From positions 1-64,000 of IMG/VR virus record IMGVR_UViG_3300035501_000169: a stretch of DNA of 64,000 bases. One strand, given 5' to 3'. This DNA comes from a virus (Duplodnaviria > Caudoviricetes). Below the pieces are notes generated by a model. The model was not told the origin of the DNA and ran no database searches. It worked only from the letters and a program-made list of their open reading frames with translations. This document shows positions 1-9,980 of the stretch, in pieces (within the stretch, counting starts at the first letter, position 1; each line of letters begins with the position of its first letter). The translations under genes and the position numbers were made by a program.

Positions 1-2119
1 CACCAGGATTAGCCGAACTATTGGACCGACGCGCAACACTACCAGCAGAATAAACGCTGCCATAATCACAGAAACCAGTGTCAGAACTTCCACCAAACTC
101 TTTTGCAAGAATATCAGCATGTGCGCCAAAACACATACGTTTAATATATCCTTCAGAATTAGCAGTATAACTGCCATGTTGAATAATTCTAGACACGTTT
201 CTATTAATATCAAAGACTACAACAAATCTTTGACTTTCGCTCATAGCTTCAAGAAGTTCTGCAGTAAGCTGATAATCTACTCCTTGTTTAGTGATGATAG
301 GATAGCCATAAGATGCTACATAATCACTAAGATAAATAGAAGGATTGGCAGTAGTAACACTAGAAGGTCTTTTAGCTTGCATAACCATAAGATTATCAAT
401 CCATTCAGATAAATCACCTTGAATGTTTTCAATAATCCAAAATTGATTACTTTTAATGTCAGAACCTTCACCAGCTTTAATTTGATCAGAATCAGGAGAT
501 GAAGCTCCAGTACCTTCTTCGTAAGTAGTATCTCTTTCTCCAAGTTCGTCAGTGGCTCCTGTAACTTTAGGATAATAAGTTGAACTAACTACATTAGCAG
601 TACCGTATCCAACTACAGATTGAGAATCTAGACTAGAATAATATCCATAGAAAAGAAGAGCAAGAATAGTGCTAGCCTCATAAGTTACAAGACGGAAACC
701 TGTTCCTCTAGCTCTAGCTCTAGATTTAGCATTAGTTTGAGAAATATTATTAACAGCTGTCTTACCACTAAGACTATAAAGTTTGTTATTTATCATACAA
801 GCTTTATGAACACCGATAAGACTATTCTTTGACCAAACTTGCCAAATATCAGAAGTTTCATTACTTGGAATTTCTCGTGCAATTGTAACAAGAACATAGT
901 TCTCATCAACCTCTGTAAGACCAACTGGAGTCCAAGGTTCAGTCTTATAATAAATATCAGCATCACACTTCATCCAAACATCGTATTCTCCATTTTCATT
1001 ATCAATGTATCCAATAGCACTAGTGCCATCATTAAACATTTTACGAGTAGTAGGACTAAGTTGTTTAAGACGCATACCAGAAAACCCAGTAAAACGACCT
1101 ACATAAGCATGAGTATGTTCTCTAAACCAAGTAAGTGTATTTGTAGAAGAATCTCCAACAGAACCACTATCAGAAATACTTTGAAGTTTATTATTACTAT
1201 CTAGAATACAGTTTTCAGAAACCATTCCAGTAGGGTCACTAACTCCAAGATAACGTTGGTCAATAACAAATCTCACAGGTTTTAAATCATAAATACTAAA
1301 AGAAACAGTGTTATTTAGAGTAACAGTATTATTACAAGCATAAAGTGTAACTACAATTGTACCTGTTCCTTGTGCTTTAGCTTTAATAGTAGTTCCGGAT
1401 GAAGAAGTACTAATAGAAACTAAATCAGGAGTATTAGTAGAATACGTGTATCTAGCTCCTTTAAGCTTAGTAGAATCTGTAGGATATGGTGCTACATTTA
1501 TATCTACTTCTGAATTAATAGGAACTTCAGCTGATGTTGTAATTGTTATATCTTCAATCTTTTTAGCTTTTATTGTGAGAATAACATCAGGTTTGCTAAC
1601 TGTAGGAATATTATCAAAATCAGATTCATCATAATACACAGGATAAGCTGTAAGTTTAAGAGTACAAGTCCAAGAAGCATTTTCTTTTGGGTCATCTATA
1701 ATAAGATAGCCATCTTCTACTCTAATTCTAGATTTGATATTATCTTCAGAAATATCACCATCAATAACAAAATCCGAGAACTCATATTTCCATTTAAGAA
1801 AGTCATGACTAATACCAGAGTCAGTAGCAATATTAATTATATTGCTAGTACCTTCTTTAATTTCACTTTCATTTGTAGTAATTTTAAATGAATCAGCAAG
1901 TTCTTCATCACAAATTATATTCAAATCAGGAAATTGTTTTTCAAGAGCATATTTTAGAAACTTCTGCATCTTTCGACTAGAAGTAGTAACACACCCTTTT
2001 ACAGAAGTATCAAGTCCTTCAGTTTGACCAATAGCTATAAGTTTTTTAATTTGGTCATTTGTAAGAACAATAGGACTACTTTGAGTCCCATTGTTCCAAT
2101 TGAATGTTTTTAAATTCAT
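1..2119 (-). CDS. Tail fibre/receptor-binding protein with Ig-like domain and C-terminal C-type lectin (Mtd/FGE-like) domain, DGR-target type; 3' end outside window
   Basis: Absent from the ORF track because it has no stop in the window. Starts ATG 2119 (MNLKTFNWNNG) right after the stop of the upstream gene. The parts I translated read open to base 1. Contains ENIQGDLSEW and GGSSDTGFCDYGSVYSAGSVARRSNSSANPG, the pattern of CLec-fold DGR targets. Confidence 0.8.
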   Translation of the reverse strand, partial: MNLKTFNWNNGTQSSPIVLTNDQIKKLIAIGQTEGLDTSVKGCVTTSSRKMQKFLKYALEKQFPDLNIICDEELADSFKITTNESEIKEGTSNIINIATDSGISHDFLKWKYEFSDFVIDGDISEDNIKSRIRVEDGYLIIDDPKENASWTCTLKLTAYPVYYDESDFDNIPTVSKPDVILTIKAKKIEDITITTSAEVPINSEVDINVAPYPTDSTKLKGARYTYSTNTPDLVSISTSSSGTTIKAKAQGTGTIVVTLYACNNTVTLNNTVSFSIYDLKPVRFVIDQRYLGVSDPTGMVSENCILDSNNKLQSISDSGSVGDSSTNTLTWFREHTHAYVGRFTGFSGMRLKQLSPTTRKMFNDGTSAIGYIDNENGEYDVWMKCDADIYYKTEPWTPVGLTEVDENYVLVTIAREIPSNETSDIWQVWSKNSLIGVHKACMINNKLYSLSGKTAVNNISQTNAKSRARARGTGFRLVTYEASTILALLFYGYYSSLDSQSVVGYGTANVVSSTYYPKVTGATDELGERDTTYEEGTGASSPDSDQIKAGEGSDIKSNQFWIIENIQGDLSEWIDNLMVMQAKRPSSVTTANPSIYLSDYVASYGYPIITKQGVDYQLTAELLEAMSESQRFVVVFDINRNVSRIIQHGSYTANSEGYIKRMCFGAHADILAKEFGGSSDTGFCDYGSVYSAGSVARRSNSSANPG

Positions 2120-2120
2120 A

Positions 2121-5100
2121 TTAACTATTTATAAAATCATAAATGACATCAATACCAAAATCAGCAGCACCATAATTATTAGAGCCTTCAATTGTTATTT
2201 CACGAATAGAATCCATTCCTTGAAGATTAACTTCTTCTAGATTAGGTTTATTCGTAATAGCTAATCTAGTAAGATTAGCAGGAAGGTTCAAAACTTTAAG
2301 ATTATCAGTAGAAGGAAGAATAAATTCTTCTACACGATTATCATTACGAGCTTCTAAGGTTTCAAGTACAGGGAAAGCAGTAAGATTGATTGTACCACTT
2401 AAATTACTAATACCAGCAATATTAAATTTCTTACAACATCCAAACACCAGACCTGTAATATTAAGGTCAGTTAAGTTAGGATTATTATAATCATACTTAT
2501 TACCGTCAGCATCTTCTACTTGTTCATATCTACCAAGATTAAGTTCTTCAAGATTAACAAGATTTCCCCAACCTGTATAAATAGAACTAATATACCAATG
2601 TGATAAATCATTAATAGTTTTAAGACGTTTACAACCACGAATACCTACACGGAAGTCACCACCACTTTCATTGACAATATTATCAGCATTTGTCTTTAGT
2701 GTTAAGATTTTACTATTTCGACCAACAACAATATTGTTTTCGACAGTTTCGTCTACATCAATAAAACCACCACCATGAAGCGTATTACCTATTGTCATAT
2801 AAGCATATGTACGTTCATAAGCTGTAAGATCAATAGCCCAACGCTTAGTTCCGTTAGCTCCAGTATGCCAATATTTGTTACCAGCATCAGGAATATTAGA
2901 ATAACCGCTAACGTTAAACTGAACATTATCAGTAGTAAAGTCACTAGATGCTCCACCAAACACATAGTTTTCGCCACCTTTAAAATAACTACGATTCTTA
3001 ACAAACCATTCATTATGTTCTTTAGCAGAACCATGAGCTTTTTGATAATCAGAACTAATACTTGTATATGAGTATTCAGAGTTAGCATTATAAATCATAG
3101 CATTATACAAGTCAACTTGATTATCATGCATATATTTAAGAATACCTTCTGAAGTTAAAATACCACCTTGGAAAAGAAGATTATAAATAGTCTTAATTTC
3201 TTCAGAGAAACAATCAAATACAAGAGTCCAAAAATCAGGACCACGACCATTATGTTTACCATCATAAAGTCCGTCGCTGTAAAGAACAGTATAAAGGAAT
3301 TTAAATAGGTTATCATTATCACAACCCCAAGAAGAGTCAAAGTCATAACCAATAAGACGAATAAGTTTTCGTTTAAATCCTTCATAATCTTCTGTCATAT
3401 CAAACGTTCCTGCAAAATGTGTCCAAAATTGATTCTTAACATCTTGGTCACACATAAGAGCGTCATCAATCATGACAGCATTCATAAGAATTTGATTGAC
3501 TACGCAATAGAAACATAGTTCTTGATAGAATTTACTCTTACGATTAGAAGCATTATCTACAACTGAAACTCCTTTAATTGTAATCTTATTATTATAATTA
3601 GGGTCACGTTGACCATTCAAAGCTTGGTCACCAATGTTATTAGGAGAACAGTTATAAACAAAATCGAATAGACGCTGCATTGGACCAGTAGTTTCAAGTC
3701 CTCTATTTGTAGCATCCTTCCCCGTAGGAACAATATCACCACATACAGTGTCCATGTCAGGATAACGATATTCCAAATGAGAAGTACCAGAAGTACCATC
3801 TCCTTTCCAAACACCACCTTCGCTAATATCATAAGTATGGAAGTTGCAAATAGCAGAAGCATTATCACGGAACTCAACAGAGAATGTTTCATCTTCTTCA
3901 TCGTTATTCCAAGTTCTAGTACCATCTGCGTTTACAGTCCAATAACCACCAAAACCAAATACACGCATATTAGTTTTATCAGTTATAAGGTCAAATTGAC
4001 CAGCAAAAGCTGTGGTAGCTGCATTAGAAGATGGGTCACGAAGAATACTACTACTATCAGTACGTTTCATTTCAAATGCTATAGAAGGAATACCATCGAC
4101 ACATTGTCTAGTTTTAACCATAGCAATTTGTTCAGTACGAGTAAGAGAAGGAAAGTTTTCAACAACAGAAGCAAGTTCTTTGCGTTGAGGAGGAGTTAAA
4201 CAATCTTCGTATATATATTCTCCTTGAACTTGAACACTAGCAAGATAACGAGCAGCATCTTCATACATTTTAGCAGAAGGAAGATTGCGAGCTTGAGTAG
4301 ATTCATTAGGGTTCTTCTTCATAGTAAGAAGATAACAAGGTAGAGAATCAACACCTGGAATAAAGAACACATAACCACCTTTACCGTATTCAGTATATTC
4401 AGCAGAGAATGTTTGAGAAAGAGAATCAAACCAGTGAAGTCTAACAGTACCACGAACATCCCAACGGGTATTACCTTTAGTTGAGTCTTTAGTAGAAGTA
4501 CCTTGACGTCTTGCTCTAAGGCTACCAGGAGTAGCACCCTCTATCCAATAAGACTGTGTTGGGTCGATAATACCAACACCTTTATCATTTACAGTAAAAC
4601 GATAAATATACCAATCTTGTCTATCTGTAGTATTAGTAGCAGAAGTAGAACCTTGGAAACCTCCTTCAGGAATGTTATTTCCAACAAGACTTACATTATT
4701 ACAAAAATCTGTAGCTACACATACTCCAAAATTAATAGAGCCTTGAGCTTGTTCCGCAAGATATTTACCATAAGCAATAGCTTGTTTAAGAGTTATTACA
4801 GGATTACCACTTCCGTCTATTTCATAAAAGTTATTCTTATTGAACAAAGCAGACATATCTCCAGCATCATCTAAGTCCATAGTACGAGTTTGAAGAACTT
4901 CAAATGCTGTCATATAAGAAGTATAATAACGGAAGTCATAAAGGTCAAGTGCAGCGCCGTCACCGCCAAATACTATTTCAGTTCTATTAGCTAAAAGCTG
5001 AGAAAGACTTTGATTAGGAATAATTCCAAAACCTGCAATTTCGCCATTAATATAATAACGGGCTTCATGTTTAGTAGCCTCACCATCACTATAATAAGGT

Positions 5101-6668
5101 TGAATACAGATAGTTAAATCTATTCTAGTATCAGCACTAAATCGACGAGAATTATGTCCAGTAGCAGTTTGAACTTCATCAGGTCTGCTAAGTAGTTCTA
5201 CACCAGCTCCAATATAAATACTATCACCAGTTACATAGAAACCAACTCCATCAGCATCAGAGTAACAATCTATAATTCGTTTATTAGCATCACTAACACC
5301 ACTTACTTTAAATGACATCTTCAAAGTAAGACCTGTTGAAAGAATACCACCACCTACACTATTTTGAACAAAAGTTGTAGGATTATAGAAAGGATAGAAA
5401 TTCTTAATTCTAGCACGAGCAGTACCAACAAGATGAAGATGATTTTCGTCAACCCAACCAGTGTTATCATCGAATTGAACATTTGTGAAACCTACTTCAT
5501 AACCATTGTTAGTCCATTGGTCTTTATCTGCGTCATTATTTGTTCTATTTTGAGCTGTAAGATAAATCTCAGCTCCTTCTTTAGAAACCCAAGTAATGTT
5601 ACTAGCAGTAGCATCAAATAGAATATCAATAGAGTTTCTCAAACGAGGTTCACCATTAACGTTGGTAGAAATACTACCATCTTCATTCAGATAAGGAACT
5701 GCAATCTGGATTTGATTAGATACATTAGGAACAAGATATTTCCAAGTATTACGAGCACGATTAATTACAGTACGTTCACCTTTCTTAACATAACTTCTAG
5801 TATCAGAATCCCATTCACGAAGAAGAACGATTAAACTATCAGTATCAGTAAGGGTTGGGTCATAAGCTGCAAATACTACATTATAATAATCCTTTTCTAC
5901 AGCTCCTTTGATATTTTCATAAGTAATATAAACATCATCTTCAGCATATCCTGAAGTAGTAAATATACTAGTTATAAGAGTATCAGATTTAGTTTCACCA
6001 TCTTCAAGCAATAGATAAGCTTTTATGACATGTGCACCTGCACTAAGTTCAGGAACAGTAACAGTAGCAGTTCCTGCAAGATTAAGAGTACTAGTTATAG
6101 TCTGACAACTATTTTCATCTACACTACCAGTAGCACCATAGAACTGAACTATAAGTTGAGCACTACTACCAGTAAACTGTGCTTGAAAACGTAGAACACG
6201 AGGGTCAACTGCATTAATAAGATTATCAGTACTAAGAGTAGCAGATTGTCTAGTAAACTTAAGACTCTTAACAGCAGCAGACAAACCATCAGAAGTATAA
6301 GCTCTGATTTTAACAGTAATAGTGTCATTACCGATTTGTGCTAGATAAGGAGCTAAGTTCGGAGTTTCAATCTCATCATCAGCACTATTAGCTTTAACAT
6401 CTGTAACTGTTATAATACTATTACCTACAGTAATTTCAACAGTAAAGTCAGGATTATAGGTTCCATCAACAGTACTATTTACTTTATAATTGAAAGTTAC
6501 TTTTTCAGAAGTAGCAACAAAAGTTCTATTAAGAGAACCTACAATGCTAACTGCAATTTGGCTATAATTACCACCTTGCAGCATAGCAATACTACTTTTA
6601 ATAGCAGCCTCTACTTCTGCATGAGTATGACCTTCCCAAGAATCAAATATGTTTTCTATTTCAGCCAT
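2121..6668 (-). CDS. Large tail-associated protein: LamG/ConA-like region, CotH-kinase-like domain, C-terminal leucine-rich repeats
   Basis: 1515 aa. LamG-like RYYING...LYDFRYYTSYMTAFEV. CotH-like motifs RQGTS, GQFDLITDK, DQDVKN, YDFDSSWGCDN. LRR-like LEELNL, LETLEAR, LKVLNLP. Confidence 0.65.
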   Translation of the reverse strand: MAEIENIFDSWEGHTHAEVEAAIKSSIAMLQGGNYSQIAVSIVGSLNRTFVATSEKVTFNYKVNSTVDGTYNPDFTVEITVGNSIITVTDVKANSADDEIETPNLAPYLAQIGNDTITVKIRAYTSDGLSAAVKSLKFTRQSATLSTDNLINAVDPRVLRFQAQFTGSSAQLIVQFYGATGSVDENSCQTITSTLNLAGTATVTVPELSAGAHVIKAYLLLEDGETKSDTLITSIFTTSGYAEDDVYITYENIKGAVEKDYYNVVFAAYDPTLTDTDSLIVLLREWDSDTRSYVKKGERTVINRARNTWKYLVPNVSNQIQIAVPYLNEDGSISTNVNGEPRLRNSIDILFDATASNITWVSKEGAEIYLTAQNRTNNDADKDQWTNNGYEVGFTNVQFDDNTGWVDENHLHLVGTARARIKNFYPFYNPTTFVQNSVGGGILSTGLTLKMSFKVSGVSDANKRIIDCYSDADGVGFYVTGDSIYIGAGVELLSRPDEVQTATGHNSRRFSADTRIDLTICIQPYYSDGEATKHEARYYINGEIAGFGIIPNQSLSQLLANRTEIVFGGDGAALDLYDFRYYTSYMTAFEVLQTRTMDLDDAGDMSALFNKNNFYEIDGSGNPVITLKQAIAYGKYLAEQAQGSINFGVCVATDFCNNVSLVGNNIPEGGFQGSTSATNTTDRQDWYIYRFTVNDKGVGIIDPTQSYWIEGATPGSLRARRQGTSTKDSTKGNTRWDVRGTVRLHWFDSLSQTFSAEYTEYGKGGYVFFIPGVDSLPCYLLTMKKNPNESTQARNLPSAKMYEDAARYLASVQVQGEYIYEDCLTPPQRKELASVVENFPSLTRTEQIAMVKTRQCVDGIPSIAFEMKRTDSSSILRDPSSNAATTAFAGQFDLITDKTNMRVFGFGGYWTVNADGTRTWNNDEEDETFSVEFRDNASAICNFHTYDISEGGVWKGDGTSGTSHLEYRYPDMDTVCGDIVPTGKDATNRGLETTGPMQRLFDFVYNCSPNNIGDQALNGQRDPNYNNKITIKGVSVVDNASNRKSKFYQELCFYCVVNQILMNAVMIDDALMCDQDVKNQFWTHFAGTFDMTEDYEGFKRKLIRLIGYDFDSSWGCDNDNLFKFLYTVLYSDGLYDGKHNGRGPDFWTLVFDCFSEEIKTIYNLLFQGGILTSEGILKYMHDNQVDLYNAMIYNANSEYSYTSISSDYQKAHGSAKEHNEWFVKNRSYFKGGENYVFGGASSDFTTDNVQFNVSGYSNIPDAGNKYWHTGANGTKRWAIDLTAYERTYAYMTIGNTLHGGGFIDVDETVENNIVVGRNSKILTLKTNADNIVNESGGDFRVGIRGCKRLKTINDLSHWYISSIYTGWGNLVNLEELNLGRYEQVEDADGNKYDYNNPNLTDLNITGLVFGCCKKFNIAGISNLSGTINLTAFPVLETLEARNDNRVEEFILPSTDNLKVLNLPANLTRLAITNKPNLEEVNLQGMDSIREITIEGSNNYGAADFGIDVIYDFINS

Positions 6669-6680
6669 ATTATCATTAGT

Positions 6681-6839
6681 TTAATATTTCCATTTTTCTT
6701 TACCTTTCCAAACTTGTTTACCTTTCCAAATACGAAGAGCAGCTTCCCAAATAAGAACACTACCTTTGTAAATAGCAGTTATAGCTTTTTTGCCAAGATA
6801 AACAGCTGTAATTTCTTTACCATTAATATAGATAGCCAT
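6681..6839 (-). CDS. Small tail-module protein (52 aa)
   Basis: MAIYINGKEITAVYLGKKAITAIYKGSVLIWEAALRIWKGKQVWKGKEKWKY; fills the gap between two co-directional genes. Confidence 0.75.
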   Translation of the reverse strand: MAIYINGKEITAVYLGKKAITAIYKGSVLIWEAALRIWKGKQVWKGKEKWKY

Positions 6840-6841
6840 AA

Positions 6842-7417
6842 TTAAGCATAATCATCATCACCAACATCAGTGCTGGTATCATTTTCTCTAACAAAATAAA
6901 TTGTATCATCAAGAAGAAGATTGTTATCTTTTGCTTCTTCATACTCATCTTCAGTAGCTTCAGCAAAAGAATATCTGTTTAAACTTTTTTCTAAAGCTGT
7001 AAGTCTATTAGTACAGTCTACTACAGCAATAGCAAGTTTAAGAGCTTCTTGTTGGTCTTTAGAAAGAAGTTTAATAGCTTCAATAGCTTCTTGTGAAAGT
7101 GAAACAGCATCTTTAACTGTGTCATTAAATTCATATTGCTTATTCCAAAGTTCAGTAAGAAACTTTTGAGTCATAGAACGAAAACTATCAGTACCAAAAC
7201 TCTCACTAAGAGGAATACGATTACTTCCAATACTAAGAGGTTGCCAATAGTTTATGTCATATATTTTTATGCCAATAGGCACAGGTTTGCGTGAAATGTA
7301 TGAACTACCCGACTGATTATCAAACACGCAGCACAAGCGGTCATACGGCTTTGTATCGTCAAATGCGCCCTCAAATGTAGGAGCAACTTTGCCTAAATTA
7401 GTTATTTGGGATTGCAT
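6842..7417 (-). CDS. Tail-module hypothetical protein
   Basis: 191 aa. N-terminal GAFDDTKPYDRL...SYISRKPVP..YW motif typical of fibre-associated domains; coiled-coil middle. Confidence 0.7.
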   Translation of the reverse strand: MQSQITNLGKVAPTFEGAFDDTKPYDRLCCVFDNQSGSSYISRKPVPIGIKIYDINYWQPLSIGSNRIPLSESFGTDSFRSMTQKFLTELWNKQYEFNDTVKDAVSLSQEAIEAIKLLSKDQQEALKLAIAVVDCTNRLTALEKSLNRYSFAEATEDEYEEAKDNNLLLDDTIYFVRENDTSTDVGDDDYA

Positions 7418-8165
7418 ATAATAATTCTTTTTCTACAACATCAACTTCACCTTTATAATGAACTACTATCATAAATGTATGAGTAGTATTCATTTGAATA
7501 TTAGTACAAGTCAAGAAAGAAGTAACTTGTTCTCCATCAAAATAATAATCAACTGTAACTGCAGAAGGCTTAAGAAGTTTACCATCATAATAAAAATTCA
7601 TATCAGCACAAGCAGTAGCAACTTCGTCAATTATATCATAACGAGGAGTCATTTCAACATATAGACCTTTAGACTTATCATCCTCTTCTGATATAGGAGT
7701 ATCATAAGTAGGAGTAACATCTGTAGAATCTAATTGGAAGTGTTCATTAAAACCATTATTGAGTTTATGTTCAAGAAGCTCCCCTGTAGAAGAGTCAATC
7801 TCAAACTTAGGTCTTTCGCCGCAACTAACAACAGCTTTAAGATGACCTGTTTCATCAACTGGGAAGACAAAACTAGTAGAATTATCTTTACCTTTATAAA
7901 GTTGATTTAACTTAGCTTTAATATATTTAATAATAGTTTCAGCAAGTTTAGTATTACCTAACTTACGAGCAGCTACTGCTGCATTAAACATATTAAAACA
8001 TTCAATAACACCACTATTTTTATCTGTGCAATTAGCTTTACAATCTAAAAGCATTTCATAGCCATAATCAGCTAGTAGTGCAAGTATTCTATGATAAACA
8101 CAAATGTAATCTGCTGGAACAGTTACATAAACGTATTCAAGTTCTATTTGTTTAAAATTACTCAT
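7398..8165 (-). CDS. Hypothetical structural-module protein
   Basis: 255-aa ORF overlapping its neighbours in the operon. Confidence 0.75.
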   Translation of the reverse strand: MSNFKQIELEYVYVTVPADYICVYHRILALLADYGYEMLLDCKANCTDKNSGVIECFNMFNAAVAARKLGNTKLAETIIKYIKAKLNQLYKGKDNSTSFVFPVDETGHLKAVVSCGERPKFEIDSSTGELLEHKLNNGFNEHFQLDSTDVTPTYDTPISEEDDKSKGLYVEMTPRYDIIDEVATACADMNFYYDGKLLKPSAVTVDYYFDGEQVTSFLTCTNIQMNTTHTFMIVVHYKGEVDVVEKELLYAIPNN

Positions 8166-8395
8166 GAGTTATAAATCTTGTTATAAAGAACTTCAATATT
8201 ATGTTGTTGTTCAGTAGTTAATACATCAATATTTTCAAATGCATGAAGTAGAATACTACTCCAATCTATTTTAACTCTTTTCTTAGAGTTAACAATATAA
8301 CCTTGAGCAGCTAAGGCTATAACAGTATCAACGATACCTATAGACTTCTGCTCAAGGTTAGTAATTGCAATATCTTTTATACTTTCATCATACAT
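8162..8395 (-). CDS. Hypothetical protein
   Basis: 77 aa, ATGA overlap with the downstream gene. Confidence 0.7.
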   Translation of the reverse strand: MYDESIKDIAITNLEQKSIGIVDTVIALAAQGYIVNSKKRVKIDWSSILLHAFENIDVLTTEQQHNIEVLYNKIYNS

Positions 8396-8407
8396 AAGAA
8401 CGTCTTA

Positions 8408-9031
8408 TTAATGATTAAATACTTTATTTTTTATGTAAATAGAATATTCTTCAGATATAAGATTGAGTTTATTATTAAGCTGTCTAATACGATTAGCAGC
8501 ATCAGCTCCATCATAGATTATCTTCAAACATTCCTCTGTTATGTCATCAATCCATTCTTCTTTTATTTTAGTAGAAACATTAACCGAATCATGTTCGTAA
8601 GCTGAAAAAATAGAATAAAGTTTATAGTATTCAGTACTAACTGTTTTATAAAGATTTTGTTTTATAGATTCTTTATTATATTCGATGTTATTATGAATTA
8701 TAATATCAATACATTGAGTAATAACAGCAGACTTAAAACTACTAAAAGCAGTAGTTACTATATTAAGTATTCTACCTGATTCCTTTGCTTCAGCATTTTG
8801 AATAGTCTTATCTAAAACTTGGTTAAGTTTAACAACATTTTCGCTAATTTCTTTAATAGCAGATGCCATATCAAGTAATGGCTTGTTCCTATCTTTAGCT
8901 TTAAACAAATCAACAACTTTAATTATAAGAGTATATGCTATAAAAACACCACTCGAAATTAAAACTGTAATATAAGATGAATCCTTGACTGCCCCATTAA
9001 TTATATCATTTATAGCCTGTAAATCATCCAT
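8408..9031 (-). CDS. Membrane protein, holin-like candidate
   Basis: 207 aa with one N-terminal TM helix (YITVLISSGVFIAYTLII) followed by a coiled coil. Confidence 0.5.
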   Translation of the reverse strand: MDDLQAINDIINGAVKDSSYITVLISSGVFIAYTLIIKVVDLFKAKDRNKPLLDMASAIKEISENVVKLNQVLDKTIQNAEAKESGRILNIVTTAFSSFKSAVITQCIDIIIHNNIEYNKESIKQNLYKTVSTEYYKLYSIFSAYEHDSVNVSTKIKEEWIDDITEECLKIIYDGADAANRIRQLNNKLNLISEEYSIYIKNKVFNH

Positions 9032-9045
9032 ATTATCTTAAGTAT

Positions 9046-9092
9046 ATTCAAGAGTTCTCCCATAAGAATAAACTATAGGAGAACTCTTGAAT
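9046..9092 (-). terminator. Stem-loop downstream of the auxiliary capsid gene
   Basis: ATTCAAGAGTTCTCC ... GGAGAACTCTTGAAT, 15-bp inverted repeat. Confidence 0.6.
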
Positions 9093-9097
9093 TAAAT

Positions 9098-9961
9098 TTA
9101 AATAGAGTTTGTAGTATCACTAAGTCCAAATACTGCATCAAGTGTACTGATACAAGCAGCACCTACTGGAACTACAATATGCAAAGTTTGATATACTACT
9201 TCATCACGTTGTTTAGCAGCAACACGAGGAACTGCAAAACGAAGAGTATACATAGTATATTGCTCAGCATCTACTACTTCAGGATAACCAGGATAAATAG
9301 ATTCACCATCAGCATAAGTGTCATTAAAGCCTTTACCAGCTGCACAACGAGAAGCAAGGTCTTTAACATAAGCTTTATCAAGAACTGCTGATTTACCAAC
9401 AGTTACATCTGTAGGTTCAACTCCAAGAAGAGCATCAGCTCCAAGAACCTTGTAGTCTTTACCTTCTTCAGTAGCTGTGATAGTAATAGCACCACCTGAA
9501 TAAGTAGCAGTTACACCAAGGGTTTCTTTATTAGCAGTAATTGACTCAGCAAGAAGTTTAGCAACATCGGCTGCAACAGTCGTTTTAGCCAAAGCTGTAA
9601 ATGTCCAGTTACTGCGTTCGTTGAATACAGTACCAGCTTTTACAATAACTACTGTATATTCTTTACCAACTTCAGGAGTTGGAACAGTAATTTTAGCAGT
9701 AAAGGCGGCACCAGCTTCATAAGATGCTTTAGATACACTTAGAGTATCAACATTAACCTCTGGAAAATGAATAGGCATCTTATTATCACCACGACCACAA
9801 ACAACTGCTACAGCACCGGTAAGTCCAGCAGAAGTAGTAACAAGACTACCATCTGATAGTTTGAACACACCAATAGTACCTTCAGGAACTGTGGTCAAAT
9901 CTGTATACTTAGCATCAGAACCTGCATAAGCTTTAGATTGTCCAATGATTATTTGTTTCAT
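9098..9961 (-). CDS. Auxiliary capsid/structural protein (crAssphage gene 73-like)
   Basis: 287 aa, beta-rich and Ala/Thr/Val-rich; position in the conserved crAss capsid block. Confidence 0.6.
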   Translation of the reverse strand: MKQIIIGQSKAYAGSDAKYTDLTTVPEGTIGVFKLSDGSLVTTSAGLTGAVAVVCGRGDNKMPIHFPEVNVDTLSVSKASYEAGAAFTAKITVPTPEVGKEYTVVIVKAGTVFNERSNWTFTALAKTTVAADVAKLLAESITANKETLGVTATYSGGAITITATEEGKDYKVLGADALLGVEPTDVTVGKSAVLDKAYVKDLASRCAAGKGFNDTYADGESIYPGYPEVVDAEQYTMYTLRFAVPRVAAKQRDEVVYQTLHIVVPVGAACISTLDAVFGLSDTTNSI

Positions 9962-9980
9962 TTCTTATATCTTTAATAAA

